A stretch of DNA of 64,000 nt, taken from assembly GCA_965240325.2 (NCBI GenBank), contig OZ251226.1, positions 2,666,001-2,730,000 of the forward strand, written 5' to 3'. This document shows positions 22,518 to 33,888 of this stretch, piece by piece. The notes beneath the pieces are model-generated. The model had not been told where the DNA came from and did no database searches. It saw nothing but the letters and a program-made list of their open reading frames with translations. The stretch is from Rebecca billardiae RCC1528. Lineage: Eukaryota; Protista; Haptophyta. Position 1 is the first letter of the stretch. Every line of letters begins with the position of its first letter. A program made the position numbers and the translations under genes.

Positions 22518-22866
22518 TCTCGGTGATGGTGGTCTGCGCAGATGAGTGATGGACGGCGCTTTCCAGGTCGTTCGGGCCGAACGAACGCGAATAGGCCAAA
22601 TGTGGTTGATGTGGCGTCGTAAATATATGCGGACGGACGCCGGCATCATGCCGCCAGCCAATCAGCAGACGAGAGCCACTGGCTCATCAGCTTCCACCGT
22701 TCTCGTTGGAATCCGACGAATATCTAACCGAGAGCCGGACAATCATCGCCGGACGTGAGTATGGTTTTTGGCGCGCTTCCGCGGCTGACAAGGGCGCTGA
22801 GCGCGCCAAAACGCCGAGCAGGCCGGCGACGACGCGCGAACAGGCGGACGAGTGGGCGTGGCGGAC

Positions 22867-24831
22867 ATGTCGGCTGGCGCGCCCGCTTGCCATGCCCCAG
22901 GGTGCACGCAGACCGCGACATTCGTGTGCGGGCGGTGCAAACACGCGCGATACTGCTCCTCGCAGTGCCAGCGCTCGTCATGGCCCTCCCACAAGGCGGA
23001 GTGTGTCACGGCGCGCGCGCGCACATCCGCGGCAGAGCAATCCGCACTGCCCCGCGGCTACCCACAGGAGCCCCTCCTCGAAGTGCACGCGCAGGCCTTT
23101 CCCTTGGAGGCTTGCTCTCCTGACAAGAAGGTGCCTCGGCTCTTCGCGGACATCGACATGCCGCGCATCCTGAGTAACCGGAGTGCGGGCAGTGTGGTCG
23201 ACGCCGCTCTGTTCAAGACGCAGTTCGACGCGTTTACCGCATCGCTCTTCGCGGGCTGGGATGCCGAGATGTGGGCGAACGTGCTCGTCGCGGGCGGAGC
23301 GGTGCTCGCGAGCCTACTGCCCGTGCCAGATGCCTTCGCCTCGCTGCGCCCGTCGCGGGCCCACGCGCTGTACGACCTGTCTGGCTTCCAGCGCATGCGC
23401 GTCGCGCGCGACGCGGCCGACGAGGCGATGCTCGGCACGCGCGGCGGGCGCGACGAGTTCCTCCGTGGCACGCGATGGCCCGAGTCGGATGTGGACATTT
23501 TCGTCTACGGCGTTGACGAGGCCGCGGCGCAGCGCAAGCTGCACGCCATCTGCCGCAGCCTGCGGCGAGTGGTGAAGAGCCGGCTCGGCGTTGCATGTGA
23601 CGTCAGCTTTGTGCGCACGGAAAACACCATCACGATGGCGCGGTGCACGCCGTTTCGCGCGGTGCAGGTGATCACGCGCATCTACCAGTCGGCGGAGCAC
23701 GTGCTCAACGGCTTCGACATCGACTGCTGCTGCTTCGGCTTCGACGGCGTGAAGGTGCTCGCGACGCCGCGCGCGGTCTGCGCCGTCGCCACGCGCACCA
23801 ACACGATCAATCTCTCCATCCGCGGCGCGGCGTACGAGTACAGGCTGCTCAAGTACGCGGAGCGCGGCTTCGGCGTGGGCGTGCCCGGGCTGGAGGCGGA
23901 GAGGCTCGATCGCGAGCACCTGGCCATCGAGATGCACGCCGACAAGTACTGCGTGCGCCCCGACAACGAGAGCTCGCGCAAGTGGCAGGAGGCGGAGGGG
24001 CTGGAGCGCCTGCTGCTCGCGGACCGCTGGGCGCGCGCGGCGGGCGGCGTGCTGCTGCGCAGCGACTTCCCCAATCGAGAGCGCCGCTTCCGCGAGACGA
24101 ACGTGGAGGCGGATGCGATGCACTTCCGGCTGCTGCCGAACGGCGTGGGCGACTTCTACAGCTTGGCAAGCGCCAAGACGGCGGCGAAGCACGGCTGGCC
24201 CGCGTTCACGAACGTGGACTGGCTTGCCGCGCCGGGCGACACGCGCGGCGCAAACAAGCCGTTCTGGCTGCACGTGAAATGGGCGGTGGGCAACATCGAG
24301 CGGCAGCCGCAGACACTCGAAGAGTGGACGCGCCGCGCGTACCGGGGCTTCGGGCACAAGCGCGACACGGTGACCGATTGGAAGCAGTGGGCGAAGGAGC
24401 GAGAGGCCCGAGAGCGCGCCGAGAAGGAGCAGGCGGAGGCAAAGCGGCAGCGCGAGCTCGACGAAGCGCGGCGCGAGGCGGCGGCCGCGGCCGAGCTCGA
24501 GCGCGATCGTGCAGCCGCGGAGGCATGCGCGGCGAAGGAAGCCGCGGGTCAGCGCGCCGCCGAGCTCGCGCGCGTGGAGGCAGCGCGACGCCGAGAGCTG
24601 GTACGCAAGCAGCAGGTCGAGGCCGAGGTGGCGGCGCTCTCAGCCGCCAATCGCGAGCTCGCCGATGCGGCCGACGGCACGCTCTGCATCGTGTGCCTCG
24701 AGGCGCCCAAGCAGATCCTGCTCGAGCCGTGCCACCACATGGCGCTGTGCGGCGAGTGCGCGGCGCAAGTTGACACCTGCCCCGTCTGCCGCGCGCCAAA
24801 GACTGGTGCGCAGCGCGTGTTCACGTGCTGA
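22867..24831 (+). CDS. MYND zinc finger - nucleotidyltransferase-like domain - coiled coil - RING-HC (IAP/C3HC4_3-type) fusion protein
   Basis: Intronless ORF. CHAPGC...CGRCKHARYCSSQCQRSSWPSHKAEC (MYND); NVLVAGGAV...SDVDIF...GFDIDCCCFGFDG...RLLKYAERGF (Pol-beta-superfamily NTase); CIVC...PCHHMALCGECA...CPVCR (RING). Confidence 0.8.
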   Translation: MSAGAPACHAPGCTQTATFVCGRCKHARYCSSQCQRSSWPSHKAECVTARARTSAAEQSALPRGYPQEPLLEVHAQAFPLEACSPDKKVPRLFADIDMPRILSNRSAGSVVDAALFKTQFDAFTASLFAGWDAEMWANVLVAGGAVLASLLPVPDAFASLRPSRAHALYDLSGFQRMRVARDAADEAMLGTRGGRDEFLRGTRWPESDVDIFVYGVDEAAAQRKLHAICRSLRRVVKSRLGVACDVSFVRTENTITMARCTPFRAVQVITRIYQSAEHVLNGFDIDCCCFGFDGVKVLATPRAVCAVATRTNTINLSIRGAAYEYRLLKYAERGFGVGVPGLEAERLDREHLAIEMHADKYCVRPDNESSRKWQEAEGLERLLLADRWARAAGGVLLRSDFPNRERRFRETNVEADAMHFRLLPNGVGDFYSLASAKTAAKHGWPAFTNVDWLAAPGDTRGANKPFWLHVKWAVGNIERQPQTLEEWTRRAYRGFGHKRDTVTDWKQWAKEREARERAEKEQAEAKRQRELDEARREAAAAAELERDRAAAEACAAKEAAGQRAAELARVEAARRRELVRKQQVEAEVAALSAANRELADAADGTLCIVCLEAPKQILLEPCHHMALCGECAAQVDTCPVCRAPKTGAQRVFTC

Positions 24832-25248
24832 CCTGCGGCTCGCTCCCGGACTCGTGGCGGCGGCATACCCGGCCGCGCACCGCGCATTCACGTGCTGGCG
24901 TGCAGCTCGCAAGCCTTCCTATGCACCCTCCCAGCGAGGCACCTTAGAGCCAAGGGTTAGAGCCGCACACAAGACACGACCGCGCCATCATTTTCACCCG
25001 ACGACGAATTCTCAAGTATCTGAGAAAAGTTACCGTGTAAAAGGCAGCTGTTGATATGAAATCGCGATTCCTCGAATATCATCATCGTCGTCCCTCAATG
25101 AATTGCAGAAGGCACCAACTCCCTCTGGAAGCTTCGCCCATCGAGACGTACGGCCCGGTTGCAATCGAGGCTGCGTGAAGATTTGTCCGTCCTGCCGCTG
25201 CGCGTGAGGGCGTGGGGCACTGGCACAGCCGCCTGCTGGCGGCACTAG

Positions 25249-27231
25249 ATGGGCGTCGGCGCGGCGCTGTCCTCGCGCAGCTGGCGGCTCCTGCCCGCGC
25301 TGATGGTGTCGTCGTCGAACGCCATCAGCATGCTCGGCACCTCGCCGAGCAAGCCACGGTTCGACAACGACGCGCTGCGCACGCTGCGAGTGCACGCCGA
25401 CTTCCACGGCCCGCCGCGCCAAATTACGGGCGCGCACTTCATTCGGACTCGGCCGCACGCCCTCAAGGCGCCCGCGGTGGTTGCCACGAGTGATGCGGCG
25501 CTACGCCTGGTGGGCCTCGACGGCTGCAGCGAGGAGGAGCTCGCCGCGTTCCTCTCGGGCAACGAGCTGCTGCCCGGCTCCGACCCGGCGGCGCACTGCT
25601 ACTGCGGCCACCAGTTCGGCAGCTTCGCGGGGCAGCTCGGCGACGGCGCTGCCATGTACCTGGGCGAGGTGATCAACGACCAGACCGGCGAGCGCTGGGA
25701 GCTGCAGCTCAAGGGGGCGGGGCCCACGCCCTTCTCACGCTTCTCCGATGGGCGTAAGGTGCTGCGCTCATCGATCCGCGAGTTCCTCGCCTCCGAGGCG
25801 ATGCACCACCTCGGCATCCCAACGACGCGGGCGGGGTCGTGCGTCACGTCGGGCACGACCGTTGAGCGCGACGTCCTGTACACGGGCAACGCGCAAGCCG
25901 AGCGCTGCACCGTCGTCTCGCGCATCGCGCGCACGTTTGTGCGGTTTGGCTCGTTCGAGATCTGCCGCCCGGCCGACGCGCAGACGGGCCGCGCGGGCCC
26001 GAGCGCCGAGCGCGAGGCGGGCGGGGCTGCGGCTGGGCCGCCGCGCGAATGCCTGCCGCTGGTCAAGGACCTCGTCGACTACGTCGTCACCTCGTGGGTC
26101 CCGGCCGCCGCGAGCGCGGGCCCCAGCGGCAGCAGCGAGCGCGCGCGCGCGCTGCTCGAGCACGCCATCCAGGCCTCGGCGCAGCTGGCGGCGCGCTGGC
26201 AGGGCGTGGGCTTCACGCACGGCGTGCTGAACACGGACAACATGTCCATCCTCGGCGACACGATCGACTACGGCCCCTACGGCTTCATGGAGCACTTCTC
26301 CTGGTCGTTCACCCCGAACCGCTCGGACAACGGCGGGCGGTACTCGTACCGCGAGCAGCCGGGCGCGGTCGAGTGGAACGTGGCCAAGCTCGCAGAGACG
26401 CTGCACCTCGCGGGCGCGCTCGACGAGGCGGACGTCGCGTCGAGCCGCGAGCGCTTCCGCCGCGCGTACGACGCCGCGTGGCTCGCGACGTTCCGCGCCA
26501 AGCTCGGCATCACGCCCGTGGCCGCTGCCACCGCCGACGACGCGCGCCCGGACGCGCTGGCCGCGGAGGACACCGCTCTGATCCAGGACCTGCTGGCGAC
26601 GATGGAGCACACGGGCGCCGACTTCACCGCGACGTTCTTGGCGCTCGGGCTGGTCCCCGCCGAGCCCGACGCCGAGTGCGGCCGGGCGCTCGACATGCTG
26701 TGCAAGGCGAGCGTCTCCCTCGCCAACGCGCGCAAGGTCGCCCGCCCCTCGCTCCCGGAGCCGGCCATCCGCCAGCTCGCCGTGCTGCGCGAGACCGACC
26801 CGCAGCGCCTCGCCATGTTCGGCGTCCCGCCCGAGATGGTGGACCAGCAGCTGGCGCTGCTCGATCGGCAGGAGCAGCTCGAGGCGCTGGGGAGCGAGGC
26901 GACGAAGGGCAAGCGCGACCGCGGGCTGTGGTCACGCTGGCTCTCGCGGTACACCGTGCGCCTTGCCGCGCAGGCGGCGGAGCGCGCAGGCGGCGCCGAG
27001 CGCGCGCTCGAGATGCAGCGCGCCAACCCGACCTTTGTGCTGCGCGAGCACCTGCTGCAGGCCGCCATCGCGCGCGCCGAGGCGGGAGACTTTGGCGGTG
27101 TGCGCGAGCTGCTCGCGCGCTGCGCCTCGCCATACGCCGACGCCGAGCTCACCCCCGAGCGCCTCCACGCCGTGCTCGCCGAGCTGCCCGCCAAGGAGGC
27201 GTTCGACATTGTGCTCACCTGATCCTCGTAA
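25249..27231 (+). CDS. SELENOO: Selenoprotein O (protein adenylyltransferase pseudokinase); UGA 27220..27222 read as selenocysteine, true stop TAA 27229..27231
   Basis: YCGHQFGSFAGQLGDG, QLKGAGPTPFSRFSDGRKVLRSSIREFL, HGVLNTDNMS, TIDYGP, NPTFVLR. The end reads ACC TGA TCC TCG TAA = T-U-S-S-stop, matching the conserved SelO terminus. SECIS downstream. Confidence 0.93.
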
Positions 27232-27322
27232 GCGGCGGCGCCCACTCAGGCGCCGCTAGCCGACGACGTGCCATTTCCAGACAGCGCTGGGCCTGGGTCA
27301 AGGCGACCTCGCGCACCAAACA

Positions 27323-27430
27323 CGATCGAGCAGCAATGACGGGCGCGCCCACCATCCTGTCTCACGCAGGAGGGCGCGACCCTGACGACACCCCGAGCCG
27401 CGCGGCACACGCGGCTCGGTGGCTCGATTG
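27323..27430 (+). promoter_or_regulatory. SECIS element (form II-like) in the SelO 3' UTR
   Basis: ATGAC 27336-40 / TGAC 27383-86 quartet; helix II GGGCGCGCCC (27341-50) pairs with GGGCGCG-a-CCC (27372-82); unpaired ACCA; mini-stem TCCTG/CAGGA; helix I ATCGAGC 27325-31 / GCTCGAT 27422-28. Confidence 0.85.
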
Positions 27431-28266
27431 CAGCGTGACGGTTCCGACTCCGGTTCCCTGGGGCCAGGGGCTGCCGGCCTGGGGGTGGCCTGCGGGCTGC
27501 TTCCTGTGGTGCCGAGAGCCCCCAGCCGATGAAACATGATCGGTCACGGCCTGTCCTGTCGTAGCATTGTGATGTACGACATCTAACTATATATACCAAT
27601 TCTATGTAATTTAAAGACACAGTCAATAGTCATCACACACGGGCAGTCACTCCACACTGTCCGAGTCCGTCGCTGCCGTCGCAGACGGCAGAATTAAGCT
27701 GGCTAAATTATTGACTGCTGCTGATTTTATACTGCTTATATATATTATAATATAATAATATAAATACTTAAATTGGCAATACATAGCAATATAATGATTA
27801 TTCTTTGATGCGCTCGGCGCGGCTCTGCTGAACGCAGTAGTTAACAGTTACTCGCTCATCGCTCAACTCTGTTTACTGGATAGTTAAAGTCAGTCTCAGT
27901 AGTCAGTCTGACCGTACTGCGTCTGACGGGGCACCGGGGCCCGGGAGGCCGGACCGCAAGGCTGCCGCCAGCAGCTTGGCTGAGTGTCTGTCCCGCACAC
28001 GGGCGCACCGCCTGGCGAAGCGGAGTGCGCGGCCATGCGCCCCCACCCACCACCCGCCCTGAGCCGCCCAAAAGCCGCATTCGGCCATCCTATTCAGACA
28101 CTGTGGAGCTCACTCGAGCTGCAAGCTGCACGAGCGCGCAAGCGCGCGGCACGCCCGCGCAGCAGACCTGACGCTCGCGCTGCGATGAGCGGTGCACTCG
28201 CCCCTGCCCTGCGCGGCGGCGACCGGCGCGCGGGTGCGTGCGGCGCCGGCACGCGTGTGCGCGCGC

Positions 28267-29262
28267 TCAGGCGTCGAGCGAGCCGTAGAAGTCGGAGTAC
28301 GCCTGCACCATCGTCTCACCAATCTTGGCAGGCGACGGCGTGACGTAGATCCCGACCGACTCCATCTTTTTGATCTTATCCTGCGCGCCGCCCGATTTCC
28401 CCGAGACGATCGCGCCGGCGTGGCCCATGCGCCGCCCGGGGGGCGCCGTCAGGCCGGCGATGAAGCCGACGACCGGCTTCTTGGTGGCCTGCGCCGCGAT
28501 GAAGTCGCACGCCTCCTCCTCGGCCGTGCCGCCAATCTCACCGATCATGATGATCCCCTTCGTTTCAGGGTCGGAGTAGAAGTAGTCGAGGCAGTCGATG
28601 AAGTTGGTCCCGTTGAACGGGTCGCCGCCGATCCCGATGCACATCGTCTGCCCCAGCCCCGTGCTCGTCGTCTGCCCGACCGCCTCGTACGTGAGCGTGC
28701 CCGAGCGCGAGACGACGCCAATCTTGCCCGGCAAGTGGATGTAGCCCGGCATGATGCCGATTTTGCACTCCCCCGGCTTGATGATCCCGGGGCAGTTCGG
28801 CCCGATCAGCCGAGTCGCGCTCTGCTGCATCAGCGCGCTCTTCACCTTGATCATGTCGTGCTGCGGGATGCCCTCCGTGATGCACACGACGATCGGGACC
28901 TCCGCCTCGATCGCCTCGAGGCACGCGGCGGCCGCGCCCGGAGGCGGCACGTAGATGACGGAGGCGTCGGCGCCCGTGGCCTTCTTGGCCTCGGCGACGG
29001 ACGCGAACACGGGCAGGCCGAGGTGCTCCGTTCCCGCCTTCTTCGGAGACACGCCGCCCACCATTTTTGTGCCGTAGGCGATCGCCTGCTCGCTGTGGAA
29101 GGTGCCCTGGCGGCCGGTGAAGCCCTGGCATATAACCTTCGTGTCCTTGTTCACGGCGGGAAATGGCGGCTTCGCCGCGTACCCCGCGTGCTTCCCGGGC
29201 CACGCGCCCGAGGAGAACGCCCGCCGCAGCGTGGCGAGGCCGCGAAGTCGTGCTGACGCCAT
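28267..29262 (-). CDS. SUCLG1: Succinyl-CoA ligase alpha subunit, mitochondrial
   Basis: [58 protein letters not shown] (phospho-His); presequence [18 protein letters not shown]. Confidence 0.95.
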   Translation of the reverse strand: MASARLRGLATLRRAFSSGAWPGKHAGYAAKPPFPAVNKDTKVICQGFTGRQGTFHSEQAIAYGTKMVGGVSPKKAGTEHLGLPVFASVAEAKKATGADASVIYVPPPGAAAACLEAIEAEVPIVVCITEGIPQHDMIKVKSALMQQSATRLIGPNCPGIIKPGECKIGIMPGYIHLPGKIGVVSRSGTLTYEAVGQTTSTGLGQTMCIGIGGDPFNGTNFIDCLDYFYSDPETKGIIMIGEIGGTAEEEACDFIAAQATKKPVVGFIAGLTAPPGRRMGHAGAIVSGKSGGAQDKIKKMESVGIYVTPSPAKIGETMVQAYSDFYGSLDA

Positions 29263-29547
29263 GGCGAGGCCGACCGTCACCGCCCTACCGACGTCGGGCG
29301 GTCGAGCGCGGTCCCAGGACAGCAGGCAAATAAAAAGCCAAAAAAGCGATATCATCGCGAAAAAAGACGGTCCAGCTGCGCCCTCGTGCCTGTGTCTTTA
29401 AATCATAGAATTGGTCCGGATTCAAACATCCAGACTACCGCCACCCTGCCGTGCCGGACTTTCGCAAGAGACGTTAAGGGGCTGGCGGTCGAGCCTGAGC
29501 AACCCGCTTGACCGGCGTGCGCGCAGGCGGCGCGTTCGCGGGCGGGC

Positions 29548-32425
29548 ATGGCGCAGGGCTACCCGAACCCGTACGGGCAGCAGTACAACCAGGAGGATGA
29601 CATCTACGAAGGCTTCGGCGGCGGCACCGAGCCATTCCGCGGCGGCGAGATCGGCGGCAGCAATGCGACGGCCATGCCGACAATGGCACCCATGACCGGC
29701 CAGCCGATGGGCCCTCTGAGAGTACCGCAGAGCCGGGGGGGCGCGCCCCCCGGCACGCGCGGTGGCGTCTCGCGTATGGGCCCGGGCCAGACCGCTGGCG
29801 GCGGGGCGGCCGGCGCCTCTGAGGACGCGCGGCCGATGACCGCCGTGCGCGCGGCGGGCTACACAGCGGCGGGCAAGCGCCCCGGCTCGGCGGCTGTCTT
29901 CGACCCGGCCGGGCTGGGCGGCGCGTCGCGCGGGCCGGCGCCACCTCTGCAGAAGCGCGCGGACAACTCGCCCGAGGACCTCTGCCGCGAGATGGAGAAG
30001 GAGGTGAACACGCTGATCGAGGAGTCGGCGCAGCTCAACCTCGAGCGGCGCTACTCGGAGGCGCTCGAGAAGGCCAAGGAGGCGGGGAAGCGCGAGCGCA
30101 AGCTGAGCCAGAAGCGCGAGGAGACGGGGCTCGCGGACCAGATCAACATCGACCTCACGTACTCCGTCTTCTTCAACCTCGCCAACCAGTACCACGCCAA
30201 CGGGCTGTACGTGGAGGCGCTGAAGACGTACTCGATGATTGTGAAGAACAAGCAGTACCACCAGAGCGGCCGGCTGCGCGTCAACATGGGCAACATCTAC
30301 TTCGAGCAGAAGAAGTACCCGAACGCGATCAAGATGTACCGCATGGCGCTCGACCAGATCCCCAACAACAGCCGCGAGATCCGCTCCAAGATCATCCGCA
30401 ACATCGGCGTCGCGTTTGTGCGGCTCGGCCAGTTCCAGGACGCGATCGCGTCGTTTGAGCAGATCATGGAGGGGCAGCCCGACGTGCAGACGGGGTTCAA
30501 CCTGTTCCTGTGCTACTACGCGCTGGGCGAGCGCGAGGCGGAGAAGATGCGGCGCGTCTTCACCCGCCTCCTCGCCATCCGGCAGCACGGCATGTCCGAG
30601 CTCGACGACGAGGAGGACATCGGCGTGGGCGTGGACGACGTGCTGCAGGACGACGGCCTCAAGGAGGCGCTGCGTGCCAAGCACAAGATGGTCACGCGCT
30701 ACATCTCGATGGCGGCGAAGCTGCTCGCGCCGGTGATCGAGCAGGACGTGGCGAGCGGGTACGACTGGGTCATCGTGCAGCTGCGCACGAGCAACCATGC
30801 CTCGCTCGCCAACGAGATGGAGATCGCCAAGTCGATCTACTACATGCGCACGCGCCAGTTTGACCTCGCGGTCGAGGCGCTCAAGTCGTACGAGAAGAAG
30901 GACCAGCAGCTCGTCGGGCGCGCGGCGACGAACCTGTCGTTCATCTACTTCCACGAGGCGGACTACAACAACGCGGTGAAGTACGCCGACCTCGCCATGC
31001 GGCACAACCGGTACAACGCCAAGGCCCTCGTCAACAAGGGCAACTGCCTCTTCATGCGGGACGAGCTCGAGCACGCGCGCGCCATGTACCAGGAGTCGAT
31101 GGGCGCGGACGCGGACTGCATCGAGGCGATCTACAACCTGGGGCTGGTGAGCAAGCGGCTCGGGCTGAACGGCGAGGCGCTCGCGCTGTTCGAGAAGCTC
31201 CACGCCATCATCCCCAACTCGGTCGAGGTCGTCTGGCAGATCGCCGACCTGCAGGAGCAGTTCAACTCGGCGCGCACCGCGATCAAGTGGTTCAACATCC
31301 TCACGACGCGCGTGCCGACCGACCCGGGCGTGCTCTCGCGGATGGGCAACCTGTACCTCAAGGAGGACGACGAGGCGCAGGCGTTCCACTACCACCACGA
31401 GTCGTACCGGTACTACCCGGTCAACATGAACGTGATCTCGTGGCTCGGCGCCTACTTCGTCAAGAACGAGATGTACGAGAAGGCGGTGCACTTCTTTGAG
31501 CGCGCGGCGCAAATACAGCCGGCCGAGGTCAAGTGGAAGCTGATGGTGGCGTCGTGCCACCGCCGCTCGGGCGACTACCAGATCGCCTTCGAGATCTACC
31601 AGCAGATCCACGTCGAGTACCCCGACAACGTCGAATGTGCGCGCGCGCGCGCGCCGTACCGCGCGGCCTGCTGGGCGCCCTGCGCCCCCACGGCGCGCAC
31701 TCATTGGGACGCGCGCGCCACGCGCCCGGCACCGCGCTCGCTCCGCGCCGCCACGCGCCGCGCGCAGGTCTGCGCTACCTGGTTCACATCGCCGACGACC
31801 TGGGCAAGAAGGACCAGGTGCACGAGTACGTCGTCAAGCTGCGCAAGGCGGAGCGCGCGCAGGAGCAGCAGGCGGCGCACGACGCGTCGACGACTGCCGC
31901 GCAGGTGAGGTCGCCGCCGCCGATCGGCTCCGCCCGTCCGCGCGCCCGCCTGTCCAGCGGCCCGCTCGCCGCTCTCGCGCCGACGCTGCGCCCACCACCG
32001 CCCGTGCCGCTGCGCAGGGCACGAGCGCGCCGCAGAACGAGAACCTCGCGCACAACGGCTTCGGGGGCCACCCCACCCCGCACGACGCGGGCATGCACAA
32101 CCAGCCGCGCAACAGCCAGCTCTCGCCAACTGACGACCCTTACGTGGAGAGCGACTACCACAACGCGCAGATCGCTGCAGCGGGGCAGGTGCGCGAGGCG
32201 CGCGCGCCGAGCTGCGCCGCGGGAGGCGGTGGCCGCGCGGCCGTGGGGCGCGTGCTGGCGACCGGCCCGCGCACCTCACCGCCGCCGCGCGCTCTCGCGC
32301 CCGCCTGCCGCCCGCCGCGCGCGCAGGGTGGACCCGGCGCAAAGAAAATCGCAAAGGCGAAGGAGAAGGGCGACGCGGACGAATGGGGCGACGACATGCT
32401 CGGCGATGACCTGCTGCCGATGTGA
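29548..32425 (+). CDS. IFT88: Intraflagellar transport protein 88
   Basis: join(29548..31636,31768..31904,32018..32188,32327..32425). ARPMTAVRAAGY, ALEKAKEAGKRER, INIDLTYSV, RLRVNMGNIYF, YPDNVE|CLRYL, C-terminal WGDD-LGDDLLP. Confidence 0.95.
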
Positions 32426-32908
32426 TGTAGGCTGCGCGGCCCCAGCCTGGCGGAGCGCGTGGGCACGTGCGCACGCGTCAGTGGGCGGGTCGATTGTCTG
32501 AGGGGGGCGGCGGACCGCACCATGAGTCCAGCTGCGTGGCAGCGTGGCCGGTGGTCACGCGTCGTCCGGAACGAGGTTCGTGATTGACTCATGAACGCGC
32601 TGCGATCAGCGACGTCGTCGGAGCGGGCCACAGCACAGCCGCCACAAGGCCATGCAGCCCGGTCAGTGGCGCCGCGCCTCCAGCCGGTGATGTCACTGAT
32701 GGCCGCTGACGGCCTCAGTGCCTCACCAGAGTAACTGACAAGTGTAGGACCGCGCCGAGTTATAGTGAGTTACCGCGACAATACCTGACAGCCGACTCCG
32801 CCCGTCCCGGCTCCCGCGGCGTCCGCCGACGCGGGCCGACTGGCGGACTGGCTCAGTACTCAGTCTTCTCATCAGATGCCATTAACCTACACCCTGGCCG
32901 GGCCGATC

Positions 32909-33802
32909 TCACAGGGCGGTGCCGCGCTCAAGATTGTTCTTGATCTCCGACGTGTACTTGTCGAACGTGCGCGCGACCTTGCGGTTGAACACCCTGTTGC
33001 GCTCGTTGATGTAGGTGATCTCGTCCTCCTCGTAGTGCTGCCTCCGCCGGCTGAACTTGTTGCGCTTCTGCTCGATGTCGGCGAGTGAGCCGACGAGGGC
33101 ATCGACGCGCTCCTCGGACGGCTGGTAGGTCTCCGCTGTCCCATACGCCAGCGGGTCCAGCGTTGCGTCCGCCACGTCCCTCGCCGCGTCCACCACGCCC
33201 CACCCATCCAGCTCTTTCTCGTGCCGCTTCTGCGTGCGGTGCGTGAGCTTTTCCTCTGTCATGTCCCACGCTGTCGTCTCCATGTTCTTCTGCTTCTGCT
33301 TCTTGCGCTCGAGCGCCTTCTCGGCCTCCTCGGCGGTAGCCGCGAAGAGCTTCTCCTCCTCGGTCATCGACGCCTGCTTCTTCTCCCAGGCATCCTGCCG
33401 CTTGGTGCGCTCCTCTTGGCGTCGCTGCTGCTCTGTCATCCGATTTTGCCTGTCCTCGTTCACGACTGCCTTGTGGTTGCTCGAGCGCGCCTCCGTCTGC
33501 GGCGGCCAAGCGCGGGGGTGGGCGGAAGGAGCGTGGGGCTCAATGGGCGGGCCGGAAGTGCCCACAGCGACGCATTGAGGCCATGCGCGAGCGGGCTGCG
33601 TGCACGCGCAGCCGCAGGCGCGCACCAACTTCCTTCGGATGGCGTCGAGACGTTGCTGCGCGGCGGAGCGTGGAGGAGCAGGAGCTGCAGCCGGTGCATC
33701 CTCCACCGTGCCCTCCTGCTGCGTTGGCGCAGGAGGCTGCGGCGGCGGTGGGACCGCGTTGTACGTCGGCGCCGCGTCGAGGTCGATCTCGGCGTCGTCC
33801 AT
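32909..33802 (-). CDS. SYF2: Pre-mRNA splicing factor SYF2 (NTC complex)
   Basis: complement(join(32909..33496,33626..33802)). KRNKFSRRR...DEITYINERNRVFNRKVARTFDKYTSEIKNNLERGTAL. Confidence 0.93.
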   Translation of the reverse strand: MDDAEIDLDAAPTYNAVPPPPQPPAPTQQEGTVEDAPAAAPAPPRSAAQQRLDAIRRKLVRACGCACTQPARAWPQCVAVGTSGPPIEPHAPSAHPRAWPPQTEARSSNHKAVVNEDRQNRMTEQQRRQEERTKRQDAWEKKQASMTEEEKLFAATAEEAEKALERKKQKQKNMETTAWDMTEEKLTHRTQKRHEKELDGWGVVDAARDVADATLDPLAYGTAETYQPSEERVDALVGSLADIEQKRNKFSRRRQHYEEDEITYINERNRVFNRKVARTFDKYTSEIKNNLERGTAL

Positions 33803-33888
33803 GGCGCCCGCCCCAAGCAAGATGGAGAGCAAGCTTCTCCGCCCGCCACACAGGCGGCTGCAGAGGCTGCCACCCCGTCGCGACCGCC

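Noticed and set aside
25249-27222. SelO as a C-terminally truncated protein or pseudogene
   Set aside because: The UGA aligns with the Sec position, is followed by conserved SS-stop and has a SECIS.
14359-27231. TIR + NTase + SelO as a bacterial-style defence operon (CBASS/Thoeris)
   Set aside because: Eukaryotic intron-containing context, mixed strands and interspersed housekeeping genes (SEC14, PFK); kept only as speculation in the individual findings.
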